Below are positions 28,892-36,605 of a stretch of DNA of 37,371 nucleotides, in pieces. The stretch spans positions 1 through 37,371 of the forward strand of contig DYTL01000001.1 of NCBI GenBank assembly GCA_020726005.1. The letters run 5' to 3'. A model generated the notes under the pieces. That model worked only from the letters and a program-made list of their open reading frames with translations. It did no database searches and was not told the origin of the DNA. How positions within the stretch are numbered: the stretch's first letter is position 1; the number at the start of each line of letters is the position of its first letter. Position numbers and translations under genes: made by a program. This stretch comes from Candidatus Micrarchaeota archaeon (lineage in GTDB: Archaea; Micrarchaeota; Micrarchaeia; Anstonellales; Bilamarchaeaceae).

Positions 28892-28946
28892 AAATTTACC
28901 TATAAGAAAGTGATTATTCTAAAAATCATTTAAATATAACAAAGAA

Positions 28947-29363
28947 TCAGGATACAATTTTCTCTATATTCCCTCCTGCTTCTTTTATTTTTTCTTCTGC
29001 TTTTTTGCTCCAACCAAGCGCACGAATGCTTACAGGAATAGTAAGCTCGCCAGCACCAAGAATTTTCCCTTTAAATATAAATAGTTCTTTTCCATCTTTT
29101 TTTTCAAGCGCTCCTTTTTTTGCCATATTTTCTATTTCAAATACATTTATTGTGTCTATCTCTTTTGACGTTGGATTTATAAATCCGCGATTTCCAAAAT
29201 AATTAGGTGCAAATTTTACAGTCCAAGTTTTCTTATGTTTATTTAGACCTGCATGCCCCACTCCACCGCGGTTTCCGCTTCCTCTTCGGTTTTTAGCATT
29301 GCCAGCACCGTGACTTCCCTGTCCACGATATCTTTTTACTCGTTTTTCTTTTCTTTTTGTCAT
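28947..29363 (-). CDS. rpl15: 50S ribosomal protein uL15
   Basis: RG..SHG.G..KNRRG.G.RGG.G, KILG.G, A..KI..AGG. Confidence 0.96.
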   Translation of the reverse strand: MTKRKEKRVKRYRGQGSHGAGNAKNRRGSGNRGGVGHAGLNKHKKTWTVKFAPNYFGNRGFINPTSKEIDTINVFEIENMAKKGALEKKDGKELFIFKGKILGAGELTIPVSIRALGWSKKAEEKIKEAGGNIEKIVS

Positions 29364-29382
29364 TATAATCACATTTAACATT

Positions 29383-29814
29383 TTATGACATTCTTTTTAT
29401 AAGAGATGAAATATCCGGTCTTGCACCTAAATCTCCTTTCGGATACGGTCGTTTTATATCTCTATATCCTTTACGCGGAGGTTTGAGCGTAAAAACAGAA
29501 TCTACAAATTCATTTACCTTTGCACCAGCTATAATTTTTTTTGCAATGTCTTTTATTTCTTCTTTAGTTAAAATTTCCGAAAGCCTTTTCGCACCTTTTT
29601 TGCCTTTTTTAGAAAGCAAAGATAAAAGTGCATCTTCATTTATTGGACCGAATGTTACATAATCTTTTACTAAATTAAGCATTCCTTTTGTATAACAGGA
29701 ATCTTCTATTACAATACAATGATTTGGTCTGCGAAGACGAAGAAGCTCAAGAGTTTTTTTGATTTTTGGTTCAATATTCCTCTTTCCTCTTACTCTAATA
29801 ATTGCGATTTTCAT
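29383..29814 (-). CDS. rpl30: 50S ribosomal protein uL30
   Basis: AIIRVRG, TL.LLRL, GML..VKDYVT.G, L.PPRKG. Confidence 0.96.
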   Translation of the reverse strand: MKIAIIRVRGKRNIEPKIKKTLELLRLRRPNHCIVIEDSCYTKGMLNLVKDYVTFGPINEDALLSLLSKKGKKGAKRLSEILTKEEIKDIAKKIIAGAKVNEFVDSVFTLKPPRKGYRDIKRPYPKGDLGARPDISSLIKRMS

Positions 29815-29834
29815 TTTATCCCTTTCATACCTAA

Positions 29835-30479
29835 TCATAATTTTTCCTCTTCTATAGGATGCGGTTTTGATGTTGAAATATTTTCAAGCGCTTTTATTGT
29901 TGCCAATGCAGTGTTGTAAATATTATTAGTATTTCCAGTCGTTGTACTCCATATATCTTTTATCCCTGTAATTGAAAGAACTTTTTTAACGGTTGCATTT
30001 GATGCAAGACCCAATCCTTTAGGTGCAGGTTTGAGTACCACAATGGTGCTTCCTTCCTTGCCGTGGGTTGCTTCTGGAATTGAGTGCGGCGTATGGCATT
30101 TACATTCCCACGAACCGCAACCCATTTTGACAGAAATCATTTTTTTCTTCGCGTCCCTTATTGCGTAATCTATTGAAGGTTTAATTTCATCGGATTTTCC
30201 AACTCCAATACCAACGTGTCCATTATGATCACCAATCACAGTAACCACACGAAATTGAATTTTTCTTCCGGAATCGGTTACGCGTTGTGTGCTTTTTATG
30301 AGCAAGGTTTCAGCTTCAAGATTAGTAAATAAAATTTCGGATATTTCAGCTTCAAGAATCGGTCTTCCCATGTCAACTATTTGTTCAAACGAAGTTATCT
30401 CTCCGTTTTTGACCATTTTACCTATTTCAGTTTTCGGATTCCATGTTTCCTTGTTAACAACAGTTACTTTTTCACTCAT
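29835..30479 (-). CDS. rps5: 30S ribosomal protein uS5
   Basis: W.PKT..G, QR.TDSGR, CGSWEC.C..PHS, PAPKG.GL; GAGGT RBS. Confidence 0.98.
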   Translation of the reverse strand: MSEKVTVVNKETWNPKTEIGKMVKNGEITSFEQIVDMGRPILEAEISEILFTNLEAETLLIKSTQRVTDSGRKIQFRVVTVIGDHNGHVGIGVGKSDEIKPSIDYAIRDAKKKMISVKMGCGSWECKCHTPHSIPEATHGKEGSTIVVLKPAPKGLGLASNATVKKVLSITGIKDIWSTTTGNTNNIYNTALATIKALENISTSKPHPIEEEKL

Positions 30480-30483
30480 AAAA

Positions 30484-30981
30484 TTACCTCGATAATAAAA
30501 GTATTTTTTTCTTCGCAATATCAAATATTTCATGTATTTCTTTAAGATGAGAACCATTTATCCTGTCTAATATGATTTTTGATTGATCAAAGGGAATTTC
30601 TATTCCTGCATCTATCGCGCCTTTTACCGCAGCAAAAACTACTGCGCCTTTTGAGGCACTAACATTTATGTCTGCAATTGCATGGCTTATCCCTTTGGTC
30701 TTTGCCTGCCCAGCTGCATAAAGTCCTGCAAGGTAAGCAGTGGGGGTATTACATTTCGCAGGAAAACCAACAATTTCCTTAAGTATTGAGGAGTGCATAC
30801 TAAATATTATTTTATCCCCCTTTTCAAAATATTGTACAAATTGAATTATAAATCCGGTGTTTGAACGTCTGATTACCATGCGAATTTTTCCACTCTTTAC
30901 CATGGCAAGTCTTTTTGCATAGTTGGTTCTACCTTCACGAGTTCTTCGGAATGGCATTATAAACGTAGTTTTTGTTTTCAT
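30484..30981 (-). CDS. rpl18: 50S ribosomal protein uL18
   Basis: RR.REG.T.Y.KRL, NTP.AYL.G, KGA.DAG. Alternative start at 31011. Confidence 0.95.
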   Translation of the reverse strand: MKTKTTFIMPFRRTREGRTNYAKRLAMVKSGKIRMVIRRSNTGFIIQFVQYFEKGDKIIFSMHSSILKEIVGFPAKCNTPTAYLAGLYAAGQAKTKGISHAIADINVSASKGAVVFAAVKGAIDAGIEIPFDQSKIILDRINGSHLKEIHEIFDIAKKKILLLSR

Positions 30982-31025
30982 GAAATCATCTGCGATAGAA
31001 CCGATAGTCATTTTTTTCTATTATT

Positions 31026-31460
31026 TTATTTATTTTGCGCAACCTCGATATAAAAATCGTTGTCCTTAAGGAACATCAATAATGCTTTCTTTCCTTTGAA
31101 TGAACCGCCCTTTATTCTCAGATATATTTTACGTTTATTGTTTTTATTAAGATTACCTCTGGAAATGAGTTGATTGAGGTATTTTCTTTGTACTCTTACA
31201 TTAGTCATCCACTTCTTTTTTTCCAAGGTGCGTGCATTCATGCTGCCCCTTCTTGAACCTGCGAGCTTCCTTTTTCTTTTATTTGCAACCTTAAAACCGG
31301 CTTTGGTTTTTACATATATTATTTTATCTTGTATAAGATTTTTTACATCTTTTCGAGTTAATACATCTTTTAGTTTAGTTCTTTCTTCAGGTTTTATTTT
31401 TATTTTATTTTTGCCTACACTAAGAATATCGGATGCAAGCCTTTTTATCGTTGAAAACAT
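31026..31460 (-). CDS. rpl19e: 50S ribosomal protein L19e
   Basis: KRLA..IL.VG, G.RRG...AR...K..WM..VR.QR, KGG.FK. Confidence 0.96.
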   Translation of the reverse strand: MFSTIKRLASDILSVGKNKIKIKPEERTKLKDVLTRKDVKNLIQDKIIYVKTKAGFKVANKRKRKLAGSRRGSMNARTLEKKKWMTNVRVQRKYLNQLISRGNLNKNNKRKIYLRIKGGSFKGKKALLMFLKDNDFYIEVAQNK

Positions 31461-31470
31461 ATATAATCAC

Positions 31471-31827
31471 TTAATTAAGAACTTGAATTTTCATTTCTTC
31501 AGCTAATTTTTTTAATTTGTCTCGTTTCTTTTTTCCAATTCCTTTTGCAAAGCGTATAATCTTTCCAGTCGCATTTTTAAGTTCGTTTGTATTGTGCACT
31601 AATATTTCAAACATTCCGCAAGGGTGCATTCCACGAATTTCCGAAGAATTTTTATATCCTATTCGTGGGCTTGCGCCCGCAAATAAACATCGTATTCTTT
31701 TTTTATTATCAATACCTCTTGGTTTTCTCCACCTAAATTTAACACGCTTTTTGAATCCCGCATTAAGAACATTGAATTTCGGTTTGGATTTTTTAATTAT
31801 GGATTTTAGTTTAGTTGTTTTGTTCAC
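31471..31827 (-). CDS. rpl32e: 50S ribosomal protein L32e
   Basis: KP.F, WRKPRGIDNK.R, P.IGY, RG.HP.G. Start uncertain (GTG 31827 chosen). Confidence 0.95.
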   Translation of the reverse strand: MNKTTKLKSIIKKSKPKFNVLNAGFKKRVKFRWRKPRGIDNKKRIRCLFAGASPRIGYKNSSEIRGMHPCGMFEILVHNTNELKNATGKIIRFAKGIGKKKRDKLKKLAEEMKIQVLN

Positions 31828-31837
31828 TATAATCACT

Positions 31838-32323
31838 TTATACAATTTCATATGCTCCATCCTGAAACACGCGACAGTCCTTTCTTTTTATATGCAAGGC
31901 GCGCTTAAAATTGGCAGTTGTTTGTCCTATTGCTTCCTTATCCAAACCAGAGATAGTTACTTCCTGTTCTTTCACATCAATTTTTGTTTTTCCGATTATT
32001 TTTGATGTGCGCTGAAGTTTTTCTCCGAGTAGGTTCTTTATAGTAAGTGTATCCCCCTTTACTTCTAACGTAAACGGAAAGTGTGCGTAAATGAGTTTAA
32101 GTCTTTTTATGTATCCGTACTGCACGCCAAACATCATATTTCTAAGATGGGATTCAATTGTTCCTTTAATAGCTTTGTTGTTACTTTCTACTTCTACCTG
32201 ATTTCTGTTTATAATTATTTTACTCTCAAGTGTTTCAAAGCATTTTTCCACTTCTCCTTTTGGACCTATCGCTTTTACTAATGTACCATCAATAGTTATC
32301 GTAATTCCGTTTGGTATTTCCAT
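31838..32323 (-). CDS. rpl6: 50S ribosomal protein uL6
   Basis: GPKG, GT..SH..NM..GV, YAHFP, N.LGEK, D.RVFQDG.Y. Confidence 0.97.
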   Translation of the reverse strand: MEIPNGITITIDGTLVKAIGPKGEVEKCFETLESKIIINRNQVEVESNNKAIKGTIESHLRNMMFGVQYGYIKRLKLIYAHFPFTLEVKGDTLTIKNLLGEKLQRTSKIIGKTKIDVKEQEVTISGLDKEAIGQTTANFKRALHIKRKDCRVFQDGAYEIV

Positions 32324-32334
32324 TTTAAATCCCC

Positions 32335-32715
32335 CTAATAAACATAAGCAATTAATCTTCCTCCTATTCCGAGCTCCTGTGCCGTGGTATTTGTAAGTAT
32401 TCCTTTTGAAGTAGAGACAATTATTACTCCAATATTATATGCTGGAAGAAATCTTTGCTCAAACTTTGGCCATTCGTTTTTCTTTACAGGAAAACGAGGT
32501 TTGACTACACCAGCATCATTAATTTTTCCCATTAGTTCAACTTCAAACTTGTTGCCTCTTCCGTCTTCTATAAGCCGGTAAGATGCAAGGTAGCCCTTAT
32601 TTTTGAGGATGTCAAGTACTTTACCTATTAACCTTGATGCTTTAAACGTACAACATTTTTGTCCAGCAATTTCATGTGTTTTCATTGTGTTAAGTGCATC
32701 AGCAAGTATATCCAC
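32335..32715 (-). CDS. rps8: 30S ribosomal protein uS8
   Basis: D.LADAL, DGRG, KPRF.V, LPA, STS.G, GGRL.AYVY. Confidence 0.97.
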   Translation of the reverse strand: MDILADALNTMKTHEIAGQKCCTFKASRLIGKVLDILKNKGYLASYRLIEDGRGNKFEVELMGKINDAGVVKPRFPVKKNEWPKFEQRFLPAYNIGVIIVSTSKGILTNTTAQELGIGGRLIAYVY

Positions 32716-32731
32716 AATATCACCTTAATGC

Positions 32732-32890
32732 TTAATATTTTCTAAAATTAATGTGCTCCGCAATTTCGCGGAAACACCTTCTGCAAACATGAAGTCCATA
32801 TTTTCTTATTAATGCGCGTGCATTGCCGCAAATTCTGCATTTTCTTGTACCTCTTGCCTTAAATTTTTCTTCGAGTGAAATCTTTGCCAT
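32732..32890 (-). CDS. rps14: 30S ribosomal protein uS14 (Zn-binding)
   Basis: CRICG...IRKYGL..CRRCFRE. Confidence 0.96.
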   Translation of the reverse strand: MAKISLEEKFKARGTRKCRICGNARALIRKYGLHVCRRCFREIAEHINFRKY

Positions 32891-32891
32891 A

Positions 32892-33422
32892 CTATTCCTC
32901 TTCTTCAATTTTCGCATTGAAAAAAGTTTTTGCGAAATTGATTGCTTCTTCTTTTGTTATCAATTGCGCTTTTCCGATTTTTGAAATGCGTCTCATTCTA
33001 TCTGCAACGCGTTTGCCTCTTCTTTTGAGTGTGACGCATACATCAAATCCAAATACCCCTACTTTTGGATCATATTTAACTCCAGGAAAATCTATGCATT
33101 CTTTCACTCCAAATGCGAAATTACCCGCATTGTCAAAATTGGTTTTATTAATTTTTCTTTTTCGGGAATCTAATGCCTTATTCAAGAAATCAAACGCACC
33201 TTTACCTCTTAGCGTAGTTTTAAGTCCAATAGGCAGACCTACCCTAAGTTTAAACACAGGATTTCTTTTTTTTGCTTTTGTTTCAATGAATTTTTTACCG
33301 CTAAGTTTTTCCATAAATGTTTTTATTCCGTCTAATCTTTCACCAGGAGAACCTACACCAATATTTACTGTAATTTTTTCTAAAACAATTTCTCTTATTG
33401 AATTGGTTTTTTTATTCATCAT
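32892..33422 (-). CDS. rpl5: 50S ribosomal protein uL5
   Basis: [31 protein letters not shown]. Confidence 0.97.
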   Translation of the reverse strand: MMNKKTNSIREIVLEKITVNIGVGSPGERLDGIKTFMEKLSGKKFIETKAKKRNPVFKLRVGLPIGLKTTLRGKGAFDFLNKALDSRKRKINKTNFDNAGNFAFGVKECIDFPGVKYDPKVGVFGFDVCVTLKRRGKRVADRMRRISKIGKAQLITKEEAINFAKTFFNAKIEEEE

Positions 33423-34123
33423 AATGCACCTTCATAAGAATCATCAATCACCATTAAGTATTTTGCTACTGTGATGAATTCTTCTCTACCTTTTAGTTTT
33501 GCCTCGGGCCAATTACCTTCTTTTCTTTCTATTATTGATTCAAGATTTGCAATGTTACCTACGTGCTTTCCTTCAATAATGAGACATTTTGCACCATCTT
33601 CAAATTTGAGTACTTTTTCAATTTTCTGACTAGGTGTATTTATTATTACACTATCACCAATACATATATTATTATTTGCAAGAATGTTTTTTCCATCATG
33701 AAGCGTAATATTGATTTTTCCTTTTTTTACAGTATGTTTTTTTACTACTTTTCCAATTTTATTATTTATAAGTTTGGTTTCTATTGGAATTAATTGGCCT
33801 TTTGTATTAATTATTATTCTATATGTTTTGTTTGCTTTTAGAAAGAAAACCAAATCCATTAAGCCAATCGGGAATTTTTCGTCCCTTCTTATTACGCCAT
33901 CTACGAATACTTGTTTCGCATTCAAAACTTTACGGTTTTCAGAAGCACTTTTAGTTATACCAAGAATATCTCTCATAAGAACGCCAAGCGGAATCGCTTT
34001 TGTTTTTGAGTGTGTACCAGGGGCCGTAGTTGTGATGAATTTATTTTCTTTTTTATTTCTTATTGGAATCACTTTCGGAATTGCGAGTCTTTTTGTATGA
34101 GAAGTTCCTCCTTTTTTAGCCAT
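33419..34123 (-). CDS. rps4e: 30S ribosomal protein S4e
   Basis: H.KRLA.P, PG.H, VDG..R.D.KFPIGLMD, LHDG.N. Confidence 0.97.
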   Translation of the reverse strand: MAKKGGTSHTKRLAIPKVIPIRNKKENKFITTTAPGTHSKTKAIPLGVLMRDILGITKSASENRKVLNAKQVFVDGVIRRDEKFPIGLMDLVFFLKANKTYRIIINTKGQLIPIETKLINNKIGKVVKKHTVKKGKINITLHDGKNILANNNICIGDSVIINTPSQKIEKVLKFEDGAKCLIIEGKHVGNIANLESIIERKEGNWPEAKLKGREEFITVAKYLMVIDDSYEGAL

Positions 34124-34135
34124 TTTTTCACCTCT

Positions 34136-34504
34136 TTATATCTTAGGTGCCTCGGCTGGTTCGCCGAATTCCTTTTTTCTCTCTTTTGTCATATTAAGTT
34201 CAGTAAGCATAAGGTTAGAAGGTTGAAACGAGATTAACCTTTCTGTTCCCTTTGCATTTTTTCTTGTAATTCCTTCTATATAAACCACGCGTTTGGAATA
34301 ATTTACTTTTGCAATCTTGCCATTTTTGTTTTTGTGCGTACCGCGCATTATTCTTACGTTGTCGCCTTTATTTATGAGCAACGCACGGGATTTTATACTA
34401 AGGTTGTTTTTGAGTTCTTTTGAAATATGTACATGCATATGATTTTTGCGTGTATGCATTTTTGCTTTATAACGATTTTTCCTTTCTATATCTCTTTTCA
34501 CCAT
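34136..34504 (-). CDS. rpl24: 50S ribosomal protein uL24
   Basis: SKEL, KGD.V.IMRG KOW motif, PSNL. Confidence 0.96.
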   Translation of the reverse strand: MVKRDIERKNRYKAKMHTRKNHMHVHISKELKNNLSIKSRALLINKGDNVRIMRGTHKNKNGKIAKVNYSKRVVYIEGITRKNAKGTERLISFQPSNLMLTELNMTKERKKEFGEPAEAPKI

Positions 34505-34537
34505 ATCACCAAAATAAATTTTTATTGTATTGAAATT

Positions 34538-34936
34538 TTAAATTATCGCAGACGCAATTGCTGAGACCTTTGGATATCTATTCATAATTTCTTTTGCAAC
34601 TACTCCTTTAATTTCAGTTCCAACTGGAAGACCCTCTTCAGTAATAAGTACTGCTGCATTATCCTCAAATTGTATGGTATTTCCATTAGGCCTTTTGAAA
34701 GGCATTCTCTGCCTTATTATAAGCGCTCTTACTACTTTCTTTATCATTTCTGGTTTTCCCTTTTTCACCGATGCAATTATGATATCTCCAATTCCTGCTT
34801 TCGGGTAGCGATTTCGCACCCCTCTTAAATTAAGCACGTTTATAATTTCTATTTGTTTTGCACCACTATTATCATGGCATGTAATTTGACTACCTACTTG
34901 CAATCCGCGAGTTATAGAAGATCCAAGTCCTTTCAT
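34538..34936 (-). CDS. rpl14: 50S ribosomal protein uL14
   Basis: DNSGAK, GD.I..SVKKG.P, FEDNAAV, G.EIKG.VAKE. Confidence 0.98.
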   Translation of the reverse strand: MKGLGSSITRGLQVGSQITCHDNSGAKQIEIINVLNLRGVRNRYPKAGIGDIIIASVKKGKPEMIKKVVRALIIRQRMPFKRPNGNTIQFEDNAAVLITEEGLPVGTEIKGVVAKEIMNRYPKVSAIASAII

Positions 34937-34955
34937 TTATAATCACCAGTAAATA

Positions 34956-35258
34956 TTATTTCTTTTTTGTATTTATTATTTCAAGCACGCTCCATGCTTT
35001 TGTTTTGGTTATCTTTTTGGTTTCGCCTATGATTACTATATCGCCTATTTTTGCATTTATGCATGCTGGATTGTGCGCAGGCACTCGGCTACGCACTTTA
35101 GAAATTCTATTATATTTTGGCATGATGCTTGAAATATCTCTTTCCACTATTACAGTTCTTTTTCCTTTATCGCTTACAACGATTCCCTGAATCCTTCCGC
35201 CCCTTATTTTAATACTAGCATGCTTGAAGCAATTTTTATCATCACATTCTTCTTCCAT
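34956..35258 (-). CDS. rps17: 30S ribosomal protein uS17
   Basis: C.D.NC..H, G.VVS.K...TV.V, AHNP.C, GD.V.IGE. True start is ATG 35258 behind a GCGGTGA RBS. Confidence 0.97.
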   Translation of the reverse strand: MEEECDDKNCFKHASIKIRGGRIQGIVVSDKGKRTVIVERDISSIMPKYNRISKVRSRVPAHNPACINAKIGDIVIIGETKKITKTKAWSVLEIINTKKK

Positions 35259-35284
35259 ATTTTCACCGCTATAAATTTTTAGAA

Positions 35285-35349
35285 TGTTATTGAACCTCCA
35301 TAGGTACACGAAAGCCTTGAAATTAACCCATGAAGATTCATAAATAACA
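35285..35349 (-). promoter_or_regulatory. Candidate structured 5' leader (r-leader) of the rps17 operon
   Basis: 15-bp stem TGAATCTTCATGGGT/ACCTATGGAGGTTCA with three G-U pairs and a 20-nt loop, plus an outer TGTTAT/ATAACA helix. Confidence 0.55.
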
Positions 35350-35625
35350 AATATATTTTTTATGCTTTCGCACAAACAATTTTGATTTCTTTATTAATTT
35401 TTTTTTGTGAAAAAATTTATTTTAGGGAACCCAAAAAAGTTTTTAACAAAGTTTTAATAAAGGTTTCAAAATGTCGGGCTTCTGTATATAGAACTAGTTC
35501 TTAAACAGTTACCCTATAATTCATATTAGTATTTGATAAGAGAGATTTAAAAAGATTGCGTCATTGTTGTAAGCGCGTATTGACTAAAAGAATTTTTTAA
35601 GAAAACTCAAACAAAATAATAAATA

Positions 35626-35685
35626 TGACGGGTAGATGGTTAGCCAAAGCTCCATCTAACCCTCACTTCGCTTTTCTGTTTTTTT
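35626..35685 (+). ncRNA. Candidate small non-coding RNA (hairpin plus oligo-T)
   Basis: GC-rich bulged hairpin at 35626-35665 in AT-rich DNA; TATA-like TTTTTAAG about 25 nt upstream; T-run downstream. Confidence 0.4.
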
Positions 35686-35846
35686 GATAAAACTTTTTAG
35701 ATAGCTCGAAAAAATTTTTCAAACAGCAAAGCTAAAATTTATTTTTATTAAAATTTAAATAGCATGATTTTGTTCTCGCACGCAAAAATCCACAAATTCA
35801 ATGTACATACAACTTTTTACTAAATCTTCATTTAATTACTAGAAAA

Positions 35847-35880
35847 TTGCGATAAATTTTTGGCATAAAAATTTTCGCAA
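35847..35880 (-). terminator. Inverted repeat downstream of the flavin reductase gene, possible terminator
   Basis: TTGCGA-T-AAATTTTT-ggcat-AAAAATTT-TCGCAA, about 45 nt past the stop codon. Confidence 0.35.
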
Positions 35881-35923
35881 AAAATTTTTTCAGTATTAGA
35901 ATTTGCGAATAAAATACGAAAAT

Positions 35924-36394
35924 TTATAGAACAATGAATTCCGAATTTTGCGAGTAAACTCCTTTTCCATACTTTCTAATTTTTACATTTTGTACTTCTC
36001 CAACGAAAATTACATGATCACCAATTATAAACTCATTAATCACTTTACATTCAATACTGATTAAACATTCCTTTATAGAAACCGCGCACACTTTTTCAGA
36101 TTTTTCCTGTGTAAGTCCACTCGTCTTGAATTTATCGCAATCCTTCCCACTTATTCTTCCAAATTTTTCTATTTTTTCTTTTAAATCCCCACCAGGAATA
36201 TTGATTACATATTCTTTACTTTCCTTAATCATATCATAAGTGAATCTTTTTGGCGCAATTGCAACCCCAAATAATGCGGGTTCAAATGATAACGGAAAAC
36301 ACCAGCTCGCAGGCATGAAATTATTCTTTCCTTTATTGCTTGTACTTATTAGAACCACACGCACAGGAGTAAGAAGATGATATGGTTTTTCCAT
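35924..36394 (-). CDS. Flavin reductase-like (DIM6/NTAB, flavoredoxin) family protein
   Basis: P...VLIS, N.MPASW...SF.P, G..SG...DKF, IEC.V, GDH.IFVGEV. Confidence 0.93.
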   Translation of the reverse strand: MEKPYHLLTPVRVVLISTSNKGKNNFMPASWCFPLSFEPALFGVAIAPKRFTYDMIKESKEYVINIPGGDLKEKIEKFGRISGKDCDKFKTSGLTQEKSEKVCAVSIKECLISIECKVINEFIIGDHVIFVGEVQNVKIRKYGKGVYSQNSEFIVL

Positions 36395-36605
36395 AAAAAA
36401 AGTTTTGCTTAAAGATTTATATATCTTTGTCTGAACTTTAATTTGAAAATTGTTCAGATCATAAGAAAGAGAATATAATTCTGATATTTTTTATTCTAAA
36501 AGAAAATAGTTTTAGAAAAGATAAAAGAGTTTTTGAAAATATTATTTTGTTGTGGGATTAAAAGGAAAGATTTATATATAATACAAACACTAAATATATT
36601 ATAAA

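Noticed and set aside
26791..28939. 9-bp inverted repeat TTATATTTA/TAAATATAA flanking the inserted oxidoreductase
   Set aside because: It is AT-only and coincides with TATA-like tracts, so it is expected by chance; no target duplication was seen.
4611..35190. Short antisense or alternate-frame ORFs in the supplied track (e.g. 4747-5109, 7238-7588, 21847-22113, 31517-32005, 32875-33474)
   Set aside because: They are shadows of well-identified genes or a tRNA, with no RBS or family motifs.
35259..35375. N-terminal extension of uS17 shown in the ORF track
   Set aside because: A strong RBS precedes ATG 35258, and the extension overlaps the leader hairpin.
35626..35665. Split-tRNA half or H/ACA guide RNA
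   Set aside because: No D-loop GG, no TTC T-loop, no K-turn/K-loop and no ACA box.
35465..35700. RNase P RNA or SRP RNA in the gap before rps17 (minus-strand ACAGAAGCCCGAC resembles RNase P CR-V)
   Set aside because: No GAGGAAAGTCC-like CR-I or P4 partner, no SRP helix-8 motif, and the region is too AT-rich.
35380..35923. Replication origin (AT-rich gap, recurring AAAAATTTTT tracts)
   Set aside because: No ORB-like element is recognisable and there is no cdc6/orc1 nearby; the tracts are low complexity.
36411..36578. Repeated AAAGATTTATATAT and short inverted repeats between the divergent genes
   Set aside because: Explained as ordinary BRE-TATA elements; the 6-7 bp stems are within chance for AT-rich DNA.
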